Positions 13,531 to 26,551 of a stretch of 64,000 nt of DNA are shown piece after piece. The first letter of the stretch is position 1. Each line of letters begins with the position of its first letter. This DNA is from Octopus sinensis. Taxonomy: Eukaryota. The notes below the pieces were generated by a model that saw nothing but the letters and a program-made list of their open reading frames with translations, was not told the origin of the DNA and ran no database searches. The DNA is taken from positions 20,894,001 to 20,958,000 of the forward strand of contig NC_043015.1 of NCBI RefSeq assembly GCF_006345805.1, given 5' to 3'. Position numbers and translations under genes: made by a program.

Positions 13531-13905
13531 TCTTTATTCGTTTTGTTTCAGTCATTTGACTGCGGCCATGATGACGCACCGCCTTTAGTCAAATAAATCG
13601 ACCCCGCAGTACTTATTCTTTGTAAGCCTAATACTTATTCTGTTCGGTCTCTGTTGCCTAACTGCTAATTTACGAGGACGTAAACACATCAGCATTGTTT
13701 ATCACGATGGTGGGGGAAACAGGCACACACACTCCCACACATATTTACGACGGGCTTCTTTCAGTTTCCGTCTACCAAATCCACTCACAATGCTTTGGTC
13801 GGACCGAGACTATGGTAGAAGACACTTGCCCAAAGTGTCATTCGGTGAGACTGAACCCGGAACCGTGTGGTTGGAAAACGAGCTTCTTACCGTACACCTA
13901 CGACT
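13531..13905 (-). mobile_element. SINE family B, near full length
   Basis: Both halves align to the B copies at 51-54 kb. Confidence 0.9.
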
Positions 13906-13939
13906 GTGTCAATATATATATGTCAGTGTTTGTTTTCAA

Positions 13940-14130
13940 TCACCACTTGTCAACCAGTGTTGGTGTATTTACGTCCCTTCAACCTAGCCATTGGGCAAAA
14001 GAGGGTGACAGGTTAAATGCTAGCATAAGAAATTAAAAGCACTGTGTTCGATCTATACGACTAAAGATTTTCCAAGGCAGTGCTCCAGGATGGCCGCAGT
14101 CTAATGAGTGAAACGAGTAAAAGATAAAAA
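13940..14130 (+). mobile_element. SINE family B, 3' half
   Basis: ttgtcaaccagtgttggtgtatttacgtccc...ccaggatggccgcagtctaatgagtgaaacgagtaaaagataaaa. Confidence 0.8.
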
Positions 14131-14145
14131 GATGTTTACATACAT

Positions 14146-14219
<74 letters not shown>

Positions 14220-14733
14220 ATATACGTGAGTGTGTGCGCACGCGCGCTAAGATGGACCTATCGCAATGTTCACAGACAAAAGGGATGTCTGTGAGGTTGT
14301 CAATTGGTATACATGAGATCAGGAAAAGCCATTCTGAAGAAAATCACGCCATGGAAACTTACTTAAACGATAGGAGCCAAGATAGAAATGGAGGGGGCAA
14401 TCAAGTAAAAAATAATTGCAACCTACGATGTGTAACCACATAGCATAATGTGGTCAATATAGGTGATTATACATTATGTTACAAAGTTCTACATGCACGA
14501 ATGAATTCTAAACAATAGCTGAAATTTAATCAAAAGCTCTCGTCTCAACCTATCATACAATCTATTTATTATTCTGTAGAAGCCAGCTAACCATAGAAAA
14601 TTTTAGCGGTAACTGTATGAAACCGGAATGAACTCAAATATACCACTGTCTAATCATGGCTTCGCTGCTCGAAACTTCGAAGTCACTTTCAACGCTATAC
14701 TTTTTAAAGACACACACACACACACACACACAC

Positions 14734-14783
<50 letters not shown>

Positions 14784-14785
<2 letters not shown>

Positions 14786-14872
14786 CGAGGGGAAGCTGAA
14801 AAGTTATTGGCTTTAAGAGCGTCGGGAAGGGCCTGTTTGGAGGCCCAATTTTACCCAACGCCAGGAACCCCA
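14784..14872. mobile_element. Internally deleted mariner-type MITE remnant
   Basis: Starts TA-CGAGGGGAAGCTGAAAAGTTATTGGCTT, a mariner-style terminus, directly after (TA)n. A partial inverted copy (aacgccaggaac) lies near 14858-14868. Confidence 0.55.
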
Positions 14873-15334
14873 CAACATCCGCGCGCGTGTGTATCGCAAT
14901 TTTTTTAAATTAAAAAATCTTGGTATTCCTTTTTTAAATGTAATCATCTATAGAACATTAGTGAGAAGAGATCGATATAAATATAAAACGAAGCATAGGT
15001 TTATAGTTTAATATGTGAAAGGCAATAATTTGGATTAAGATGAATTATATTTAGATTTGTGTGTCGTCACCCGCACCGACAGGCACGTAACTGTGTATAG
15101 CTGTATAATTAAATGTACTCGAGGACAGTAGATCCTATATTCGTATCTATTAGACTTAATTTGACGTCTATTAAAATCTACGAATATAAATTACATTGTT
15201 TTCTGCTTCTTTAAATGCCTGAGTGCAAATATATTTACTTTTCTCGGGCAAAATGGCATTGCGCATTCTCTGACATTAAGTTTCTAAATTTATTACACTC
15301 ATCACATTACAGGACACACATTGACATCTAAGTA

Positions 15335-16450
15335 CCCATCTCATGACCTTGGTCTCTATCGAGTCGACGGTTTAGGTATCTCCCATGGATGTGACGGCTA
15401 TGGATGTGATAACCCTAATCCTCGACAGATTTAGAAAACAACTTATTTCTACCTTCGGTCAATTAGGCCTTAAAATTACAATAGCTACTAATCTGTCTAC
15501 AGTTGATTTGCTTTTTATGATTCCCTAGACCTGAACTCCTCCCCTTATGAAACTTTCCATAAACCTGATGAGAAACTCGCCTATATACACAAACAGTGTT
15601 GTCACCCACCTGTAATATTTAAAAATCTGATAGCTAATATTAGTAACAGTGTCTAACCTCTCTTCCTTTAAAGAAATTTTCGAGAAAGTTCCCCCTGCTA
15701 TAATAATTCCCTAGCCAATAGTCAAAGATAAATTGATATATAATCCCTCTCATATTAATCAGAATAATAATGATAGACCTAGTGGCATAAAAGATAAAGT
15801 GATAGATAACCCCTCTAATATTAATCAGAATAGTAATTGTTAAACCTAAAAATAGACTGAGGAAAAATATTTGGTTCGCCCCACCCTTTGGTCTTAATGT
15901 AAAAGCTAAAATAGGTAAAATATACCTGTCCTTCCTTGGCAAACATTTTCCAGCAACTCACAGATACAGGAAAATATATAACAGGTCTTCCGTGAAATTA
16001 TTATATAGCTGCTACCGCAATATGAAGCGTGTCACTACATGCGGTCAACACCAAGACCTAAATGTCTAGACCCAGTATCCTGTTCACTTTACCAGCAATG
16101 TATGATTAAATCAGTCGCATATGAGGAAAAAGTTACTGCAACGCTACATGGAAATACAACCGATATGAAGATCTATATTGGACTGCGTAATGAATAATTT
16201 CAAAATCGCTATGCTAATCACATAGCTTCCATCCGACATAAGGACAAAAGCAAAGCTAGTAAGTTGGCTAGCCACGTATGGAGTTTAAAATATAACGCAA
16301 CACCACTTTCAATTAAGCGGAAAATCGAAAAATCCACACTATGAAAATGTATCAAATAAATGTGAATTATTCTTAGCTGAAAGAGCTCAGATCCTTTTCA
16401 GATTTAAGTTTTCTAACTCACTACTGAGTTCTAGATTTGAAATATAATCA
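15335..16450 (+). mobile_element. Decayed Penelope-like retroelement (RT C-terminal half plus GIY-YIG endonuclease), Naiad-type motifs
   Basis: Frameshifted translation gives LGLYRVDGLG (YRDDG with catalytic D lost), FRKQLISTFGQLGLKITIATN, HKPDEKLAYIHKQCCHPPVIFKNL, RKNIWFAPPFGLNVKAKIGKIYLSFLGKHFP..RYRKIYNRSSVKLLYSCYRNM, KCLDPVSCSLYQQCMIKSVAY, KIYIGLRNE*FQNRYANHIASIRH..SKLASHVWSLK, NKCELFLAERAQI. Confidence 0.9.
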
Positions 16451-18393
16451 ATCCAATCTCTGGATTACCTGACAACAAAAGACCAGCGATAAACATGAGC
16501 CCACCGATATTCACTGCAAATTAACAAACTTTCATGTTTGGCAAAAATATCGTCATTTTCCAGTTATTTATGTCAATGCATTTTTGCCAAAAACTATCTC
16601 TATGAGATGGATTAGATATTGTGGATTAAAGCAGTTGAAGATAATTGAGTTGAGTGAAGGAGTTCATTGCAGAAATGTTAATAGTTCTTGCGTAGATAAG
16701 CATAGATAGCACCACCATCACCGCCACCATCTACTCCTCCTCCTGTATTACTACATTGACTACCATTTTGAAAGATTGCCAGAATAATTAAAGTATCGGA
16801 AGGCATTGATATCTCATTGGTTGGATTTTAATACCGTCTAAGGTAACTTTGATTTTCTTACTTCCGGGGTCGATAATATACGGAACTAGTCATCAAGTCC
16901 TAGGCTGGAACTAATCAATAACCACATCCGTCCCCCTCTCTCTCTCCTTCAGTACTGTCAACTTCTATTTCATCTTTCGTTGTTTCCAAACTAAAAACCC
17001 ATAAAGCTGCATTGACGGAGTTGTCAGAGCTTGAGTTAGGTTTGTTTCTTCTCAGTGCCTTTTGAGTTCAAACCGGGCCATCTGTCATTGAACTAAAACA
17101 CCTAACCGCTTCACACAGACTTCTGTCGGGAGATGCATGTGAGGGATAATATTTGGAACTGAATAAAAAAAAAAGAAAAGAAAAGAATTGCGAAATCGAG
17201 CGCATTGCAACATTGTTTATGGAAGCTGAGTAATATCCGCTGTTTGTTGTGATCGGAATGTGTTTACTGTGTAATGTAACAAGATTGCATATGAGACGGT
17301 TTGGCACAGCTATTTTGGCGCAGCTGATTCGACGCTGAGTCAACAGCAGATGTTTTAAGTTGTCTCTTGTCCTTTCTTCCCCCCGCATGTTTGGGAGCAC
17401 ATTTATCAGTATGTCCATGGGGAGATAGAAGCATTCTCTTTCACTTGCGTTCAATAAATAATTTGTAATGTTTCCCCCTCTCTCGAATATTTCGCGCGCG
17501 AATGTTTGTGTGTGTTGCCTTTACTACCTAAATGTTCCCTCGCATAAAAAGAAAGGTTCAATGCCGAGTCAGCCGTGCCAAATCGCTAGCATCCAAAATA
17601 TAGCGCTCAATTGTCTCAATCCAAACAAGAATGTAGTTGATAATATTAGGAAGGATATGACTGATTCAAGTTTAGGTTTTCACAAGTTTGTCTCGCATTC
17701 ATCGTACACAGCTAATTAAACTCAATCCTTATTCTTTAAATGACTGCAACGGTTCCTATCTACAGTGGTGGTGGTATTTTTGGTGATTGTGATGATAGTG
17801 GGGATATTGACATTGATATTTTTTATGTTGTAGTTGTTATAATTACAACTAATCTAGTCCTAAGTCCATCAATTTTAAGAGGAACATCGAGGCCAATACT
17901 TGACTCATGTTCCATTTGATCGGCTCCGGAAAGATGAAAGGCAAAGATGACACTGGCTCTATTCAAACTCAGTATTTATATAGATATATACCCCAAAGGC
18001 ATTTGCTTGATGCTCTAATGATTCTGCTAATCCAACAATTAATAGACTTAACCAATGTAAGAACACGGCCTAAAATTTGGGAGAAAAAGTTAATCGAGTA
18101 ATTTGAACCCAATATATGTGACGGATCTTTTTATCGATCCCTCGGTAAATTATGAGGCTTTACCGATTCTGGCAATGTACCTCTAACATGAAATAATTTC
18201 TGGGAACTCGGTTAGCAATTTGCAAAAGAGAGCACAACATCGTATTTTGATCGACTTTACCAAAATAACAGCGTCAAAGACTAGTAACTGTAAACTATGA
18301 ACAATGAACATGGAAGCTGAGTCACAACAAATACTGTCAAGCAATATCAGACACTGCAACTACCCTGCCAAGTTGCTCCCTTCTCTCTCTCTC

Positions 18394-18447
<54 letters not shown>

Positions 18448-18859
18448 TATATATTCACTCGCTTAAAGATGTCTTCCTGAAGAAATATTCCTAAAAATAG
18501 AGATTAAAAATATTTATATTCGATTCAGATTTTGTAACTCTGAAATTATGTCAGGTGGCCACAGTCGAAGCCTTACTTAGAAAATTCAATATTCAGAATT
18601 TATAAAATTGATTTTGCTTGCTTCGAATGAAACATGTGTTGAAAGCAATTTAATTATGATACATCTGGGTTTTATTTTGTATTTTATTCTATATACGCCT
18701 TCCTCTCAAGGATTGACTTAGGCGATTGTGTTTTGACGTCCGAACTTCCATTGGATTTACTGATGTGTTACAACGTGTTGGCATTCAATGACATATTATT
18801 AATTGACGTCCTAACTACGTAGATATATATATTTTGACGGCTTTATGAACCATCACAAT

Positions 18860-19190
18860 AGTATCTTCCTACCTACAGTCTTATACACAAGTGGGATATG
18901 GGCTATTAGGAAAAGCAGAGAGCAACAGGTCAAAAAAATATCCATGCGTGGAAGAGTATTACGAGAGCATATTCGAAATGAAAATAATCGAGAGCGGAGT
19001 GAGCCATGGGTAGTGTAAGCACACTTTTTTTTTTTGGACTGGACATGTTGTAAGGTTCACAGACAATAGGTGAACCTGTGCACTCACCGAATGGGACCCA
19101 AGAGATCGGAAAAGGAAAATTAGTGGGCCTCCACGATGGAAACGATTGGCTCAATAAAAACAGAATTTGAAACGCATTGTGACAAGCGGT
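18860..19190 (+). mobile_element. RTE-clade LINE, 3' fragment
   Basis: Translation IFLPTVLYTSGIWAIRKSREQQV..LREHIRNE..RERS..WTGHVVRFTDNR*TCALTEWDPRDRKRKISGPPRWK matches the RTE ORF C-terminus pattern W.GHV.R..D.RW....EW.PR..KR..GRP..RW. Ends in (TA)n. Confidence 0.8.
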
Positions 19191-19768
19191 ATATATATAT
19201 ATTCTTGTGTTGCATTAGTTATATATTTTTGAAATAAAATCAGTGTGTATATTAATTTATATCCTGATATTACTGATACAAAGTTTCATCCTAAAACCCA
19301 GTATATGGAGCTAAGAATTATACATGCAAACAAATACGGGCATAGACGATTACACACAGTTGCACTTTGTGCTTCGTTAAAACTGAAAAAGGCATGTTCC
19401 TACACATGAATATAGATACATGCATTTTACCCACATGAACATCTAGACATGCGCAATTGCATGTTTACGTAGATATACATATCTGCAATAGTCAATGAAC
19501 AAATGATAATTATTTCAATTATACTTGAATCACGAAAAATTGAGAAAAGATTTATTCTGTCGGGTTTCTAATGTATCCTATAGAACATATTATCTTCACG
19601 TTTGTGTTCGCTTAGTTCTGATATAAAAATCTATATTAATATAAAATTTGTGGGTATATATATAAGAATAAGTGTATATACACACATGCACACATACCTG
19701 TAAATACATATGCATTCGCGTATGTATAAGAATACACATACTTAAAAACGTAATATTTGTATATATGT

Positions 19769-19821
<53 letters not shown>

Positions 19822-20065
19822 GGCTGTGTATGTGTGTATATAGATGATGGATGTGTATGTGTGTATTTTATGTTTTCTTTGATATCAAAAAGCGGATATA
19901 TTGTTCCCATCCAACTACGGATCCTGGCAAATTACGTATTCCCTCCAACTCCAACCTTCACTCACAACTACCGAATCAAAGACAGATAAAAAAGGAAAGA
20001 CCAATAAACAATAAATCACCCTCAACGAACAACAATCGTTAAATACACACACACATACATATATA

Positions 20066-20142
<77 letters not shown>

Positions 20143-20264
20143 CTGTGTGTGTGTGTGCTACTTGTTTTGAACATTATTTCTATTATGTTAAATGAAAGAT
20201 TTTGTAAATATCAAATAAATATTTTAAGCCGGGAGAGAGAAAAATTTTGCTTTTAAAAGTATAA

Positions 20265-20302
<38 letters not shown>

Positions 20303-20952
20303 CGAGCGCGCACACTCACTAGCACACACACACGGATAGATTCATAGTATGTGCGTGTGTGTGCGTGTGTGTGTGTGTGTTAGTGTGTTCCATCAAGGCG
20401 TTTCTATTTTTGTATTATATGCGATAATGGTCGATTTCTTATTTTAATTTTATATTTTTCCTACTTTATTATTTATTTATTGTATTAAAATTTTCAGTTC
20501 TTTTTATTATATTTTAAACCTTATTTACTTATGTTTAAATGTATTTTGTAACAAAAAAAAACCAACAAAATTGTATTTCGAGCTTGTTGTTGTTGTGTGC
20601 GTTTTTTTGAAAATCCTTTCTCAAAATAAAATAAAGTTATGTTTTGTTATTGTTATTCTTTCAACTTGACATCTTTCATCCTTTTGTAGTGCACCATCAA
20701 ATTAATTCCTCAGTCATCATCATCATCATCATCATCATAACGTGTTTATCTTCATAATGATGATTGTAATTATAACCGTGAAACCATCGCCATCATCATT
20801 TTACTCATCATTGTTATCATCGCCATTATCCTCGTCAGTGTTGTATTCGATATGGTTTCTTTTAATCGTTTCTATCTTCTTTCAGTATCGTCGTCTTTAC
20901 TATTTTCACTTTCATCTTCAACGTTCATCATCATTACCACCATAACGTATTG

Positions 20953-20992
<40 letters not shown>

Positions 20993-22139
20993 AGAGAGAG
21001 AGAGAAATAGAAAGTGAGGGGAACAGTGAAGTTGGGTAAAAGCAAAAATTTCGGTGCAAGAAGAATGCAGTAATTTGGGGGAAATATAGAAAGCGGGAGA
21101 GAAGAAATTCAAGGGACACGGTTCCAAAGCGAGTTTCCTAACCAAATAGTCAATATCTGTTAATAATACGAGACAAATTCCGTGAGAAAACAATGAACAA
21201 TATAAATGTTCATGTACAAAGCGAAAGAATGGACATAGTAAGGAAAACAGGGTTCAATCAGCCATGGCGCAGAATCACAGATAGAAATAAATTTCCATTT
21301 GTTTTCATTCGTTGAATTATTAGTAAATGTTGGGTGAAACATGTCTTCAAGAACATAAAGAAATGAGAGGTGGATGAAAATTGAACCTGCTTTTCTTGGT
21401 TTGAAAAACAAAGGGGGTAATTCATAATAGCACATTTTTTGCGAAGTGTCTTTGAGTGTTACGCCGAGAACGATCTTAAATAGGGAACACAATCGAAGAC
21501 CAAACCTGTTAGTTTAACGCTAAGTGAGAAAGAAAGGAACACGGAAATAAACAGGGAGAGAAAGTAAAAAAGGTTTAGTGGACTTGCTGAAGAACACAGA
21601 ACGGGCCTGTACTTGTAAGCAAACTCACGACTTCAGGATTCTAAAATTAACATCATAACCACTGAGCCTTGAAAACGAACATTCGACAAATTTATAGTCG
21701 TAAAGTATGTATTATTTAAACGTACTCAATAAATAGGAGAAACATTTTAATATTACCCTGAAGTTTAAATAACGATATGCTTAGAGGAGATACACATATA
21801 ATTAATAGAGTATATATATATATATATATATATATATTGATTTCTAATATTGACAGAAGGCGATATATAGATTCGGTAAGTGTGAGAAAAAATATTCGAA
21901 TTAATCGATCACAATATCTATCTGCTTGCTTACTTTATCGATTGCTGAAAGATGAAAAAGAGAAATCACCAACAGCAAATACATAGATATTTATAATAAG
22001 ATACGGTTTATCGGGATACAAGGTAAAATATTGATTTATTTTGTGTGTGTGTGTGCGTGAGAACAAAGCCTTAAAAGTTGCTCATGTTGCTGGTTAACTC
22101 AATGTTCCACTCGTGACCATTCGGCCTTAATTTTTACTC

Positions 22140-22620
22140 GTCTCGACTAATTTTGATCGAAGTAAAGATGTGAGTGGAGGGACATTTAATTGCTATTTCC
22201 ATCTGATCGAATGACATCGCTGTAATAGTTGTTGTTTGGTACCAGATCGGTCCTGATCAAACAAATTCAAAATCAAAGGCCTTCCAGTCGTGACAAACCC
22301 GTGTTTGACGCAGTGAATAAATAGCCAGACACAGGACCACATTATATAATGTGCCCATTTCTAAGAACGAATGTGATTGAAAGGGTTTTCAAAGATGGGT
22401 CATCAAGGACTACATTACGTCCTGTGTCATACCTGTTTGAAACAAGATTTGACTCCTATTTCTCTTGGGTCGATTACAATCGCAGACCCTATCATGGAGT
22501 TATCAAACATGCTGTAACCATTGATTGCTTAGTCCAATGTGTTTGATCTCCCACTAATTACAGTTTGTCATCTTCAAATAAGATTTGATTCCTATTTCTA
22601 ACAGTTTGGCCAACATACAG
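22140..22620 (+). repeat. Dispersed, locally tandem repeat family D (degenerate)
   Basis: Recurrent GATTTGRYTSCTATTTCT motif at 22184, 22446 and 22582, and ATCAAAGGCNTTCCAGYCGTGAC at 22272. The same motifs occur at 61.9-62.4 kb. Confidence 0.65.
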
Positions 22621-22785
22621 GTGTTTTCTATCTCTCCCTCACCAATCCCTCTCTCGTTGGCTCAGGTCATAATCCTTAATTCCAAATAGTATAATTCAAT
22701 CGACGTCTCTATATTACTGGTATTGATATATTAATTATTATTTGTATCGCTATGCCTAATCGAAACCTGATACGTACTTACATAC

Positions 22786-22833
<48 letters not shown>

Positions 22834-22845
22834 TTTACCTGTTAA

Positions 22846-22892
<47 letters not shown>

Positions 22893-22981
22893 TATATATA
22901 TATATATACATGTATATATATATATACATTTGTGTGTATGTGTGTGTGCATGTTATGCTAAATGTATACTTAATATATCAT

Positions 22982-23068
<87 letters not shown>

Positions 23069-24574
23069 GTGTGTGTGTGTAACATTGAAATGAGTATTAG
23101 GTTCCAGTTTAATCTTTTAGCATTAAGGTGTCTTCATATTTCCTCAATAGAATTTTATGTTGAGTTCGCAACAAAAGCTTCCGTATATCCAACATTTAAA
23201 TATCACATGTAAACCTTCCCAGTCTCTCCATCAAGAATGAAGTGATGGTAACAATGCCGGCATTGTTCGTGCGTTTTACTGCATGTCACAAAGTCCCATA
23301 GGAAATACTTTTATCATTGATCGAAATATCATCGCCATATTAAAAAATTATACATCGTGTAAGTCCCGATAGATTTCATGATTTATTTTGTATCGATTTA
23401 TTGGCTCGTATGTTGTTATAAGTAAAGTTTCTATAGTTATTGTTATATAGAATACCACAAGTAATGAGAAGCCTAACAATAGCCGAATGCAGAGTCATTC
23501 TCACAATAGAATCTCATAAATAATGTGAAAATAACTGAGCGTGCTTTACTTAAGCTTGAAACATTAATGGACTAAAGTATTAAGGTAAAGTATTGTTCCA
23601 AACTGAATATAAAAGACTAATAAGGCAATATGAAAAGCCCTCAACAAAAAAGATTAAATGTTCAACATAGCCATGTGTTTAATGTAACGGGTTTGAAGTA
23701 AAAGTAGATTTTATTTACTTATCCAGAAGTAGTGTTACATAATACTGCAGTGATGTGTTATGTAACATTACTTGTATAAATACATATAGATGACTGCATA
23801 TGTATACATATCTATACACATTTGTGAAGAATAGAAGAAAAGAGCAAAAGTATTTTATGTAGATTATATAATTTAGTGGTAATCAATGGCTGATGCATTT
23901 CATCCTTATTGGGTTTCTGTATAAATGACTCTCTTCGTGTGTATGAAAGTACACATATACATTGGTGTGTGTGTGTGGCGGGGTGTTGTGTGTGAGTGTA
24001 CATTGAAGTGTCTTAAAAACAAAATTTACTATGTTGTTAGTGACACCTCGAATTCTGCAAATGAGTTACACTTTAAACTCAGACATACACATCTCTCTCG
24101 CGCTGCTTGTGTGTGTGTGTGTATGTGTGTGTGTGTGTGCGTGTGTGTGTCTCTGTGTGTGTGTGTGTGTGTGTGTGTTTCCAGAGACTTGTTAGATAAC
24201 CTTCGTGGTTGTGTATCGTTCAAAGTGCTGCTGAATGAATATTCCTAGATAGAGTTGATGCGTGTAAATGCGTCTGTAAACACAAGCCTCTAGTATTGAC
24301 ATCCAACGCATACGAAAGAATCTTAATATACTGTACACTGTATATACAGTCCTTGTTTTTTTCATTTCTGTCCATTACAAACAACACATAGACGCATATT
24401 TATGTAGCTTATATAATTTACAGGTATTGAAGTTCAACTTCAATATAAATTACAATGACCTATACTATCGTATAGTGCAAAGAAATTGTTTTCACTGTTA
24501 TCATACACAAATATACATACATGTACGTGCGTGTGTGTCGGTGCGTACGCATGCGCGTGCATATATATACATAT

Positions 24575-24645
<71 letters not shown>

Positions 24646-25070
24646 GGGGGGGCATACACAGGAGAAAGAGAGGTATTTTATAAGTTAAAGCTGGAGGCCC
24701 AGGGATCAAAATTATTCCTGCTTGTTGGAAATCGTTATTTTTGACCCAGTATTTGCATAGAACTTCAAATAGCAAAAGAGACGAATTTTATATTGAATAG
24801 GAACACTTTGCCGTTTTTACTTAGTTTATACACATATGAAGCTTCTGTGTTTAGGTTTTATGTCCCTATGCTTACGTGTATATAACAATATAATTGTATT
24901 TCTACACATATGTATAGACCAATTTGTATATGCACATGTATATACATTTGCTTTCCATGTACATGTACGTGTATATAGTTACATACGAGTACATGTTTGC
25001 ATATCAATATTCACATGTGTATTTAAAAGTATATATACAAGCAGATACACTTGTATATCGATAACCATTC

Positions 25071-25103
<33 letters not shown>

Positions 25104-25326
25104 CAATTGAATATATGTATATATATTTATATATGGAGGCATAGCTGATTGCATGTATATATGCGCACGTACGTATATTTTTCTACAGACATAAGTGGTA
25201 CGCGTGGCATCGTTTCAGGTAGCGGATCACAGACATTCAAGAAGATATATAAGCAGAAAATAACACGAATTTCACACATAACCACTCAAGACAGCTCCAA
25301 ATATATTCGCCTGATACACACACAGT

Positions 25327-25361
<35 letters not shown>

Positions 25362-25699
25362 TGAAATATACGCGCGTGCCTTATATAGGTTATCACAATA
25401 CATTTATGAACAATGATAAAGGCGTACAGTACCGAGACAATTAATCTTTAAAACCATATATGTGTATCTACAGTTCAGTATAAATAAACAGTTATATACA
25501 ATTCTGTGAATATACTTATGTGCGTCTATGTATTTATGCCTGTAGGGTCTGTAAAAGGACACAAGTACTATAAACGATGATAGCCACAGTTGAATTAGAC
25601 ATATATATATATGTGTTGTGTGTGTGTAAATTTGTTATATAGGGATGATAAATTAGCACTGCAGATTCTGCTATTTTGCGAATAAGGCGTGGTGTTACA

Positions 25700-25743
25700 T
25701 TATTATTATCATTATTCTATTATTATTATTATTATTATTATTA

Positions 25744-25803
<60 letters not shown>

Positions 25804-25830
25804 CATATATATATACATATATATATATAT
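25700..25830. repeat. (ATT)n then (TA)n microsatellite
   Basis: Directly visible. Confidence 0.99.
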
Positions 25831-26514
25831 ATGGTTTGAGTGTATATTTGTAAGGGGAAATGTCTACTACATCATCTTTACTTTGACTGCAGGTACTCTT
25901 AATTTTATTTGTACAAATGTAAACTTCTCTCTCTCTCTCTGTATAATAATGATTTAAAATATTATTGGTTTACTTCCCGCGCGACTATCTCGTCTATTGA
26001 TCCCGTTATATATTTTGTCATTCTTATCTTTTATATTCTTTCAGTAGAGCATACTAAAGCTATTTATCATTAACCTTCGGAGACAGTTATTTATTCACGA
26101 TAATATATATACAGCAACTAATTCGTTCTTTTCCCGTTCTATACAGATTTATATAGCAACAGCTCAGGATGTCAACAACTGCTATATATTTTGTGAATAC
26201 ACGCTCAGACTGTCTGTAGTTCAACTGCAGGTAATATGAAGAATAATCAACGAAACTACGAAACGCATCACGAAGTGTCGTCCTGTATAGCATTGTAGAA
26301 TGGTCTCAAAATAAAATGTGTCAGAGCATCACCAGGAAGAACACGAAAAAGTCTCTACAAGATAGCTCGACAAGGTAGAATTGGCAGCCAGCTCTCCCTC
26401 ATATGCATGTATATATGTATGTATACACATGAACCAATGAGAATCAATTCTACGTGAAGAGTAGATATGGCAGAACATCCGAATCTCCCACAAATAACAT
26501 TCTCTCTGCCCCCC

Positions 26515-26551
<37 letters not shown>

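Noticed and set aside
15565-15580. CTGATGAGAAAC inside the Penelope-like element
   Set aside because: It is coding sequence (KPDEKL) and leaves no room for stem II.
16040-16420. Selenocysteine (in-frame UGA) usage reported for some Naiad elements
   Set aside because: The Cys positions I could read are TGT or substituted. The stops present look like decay.
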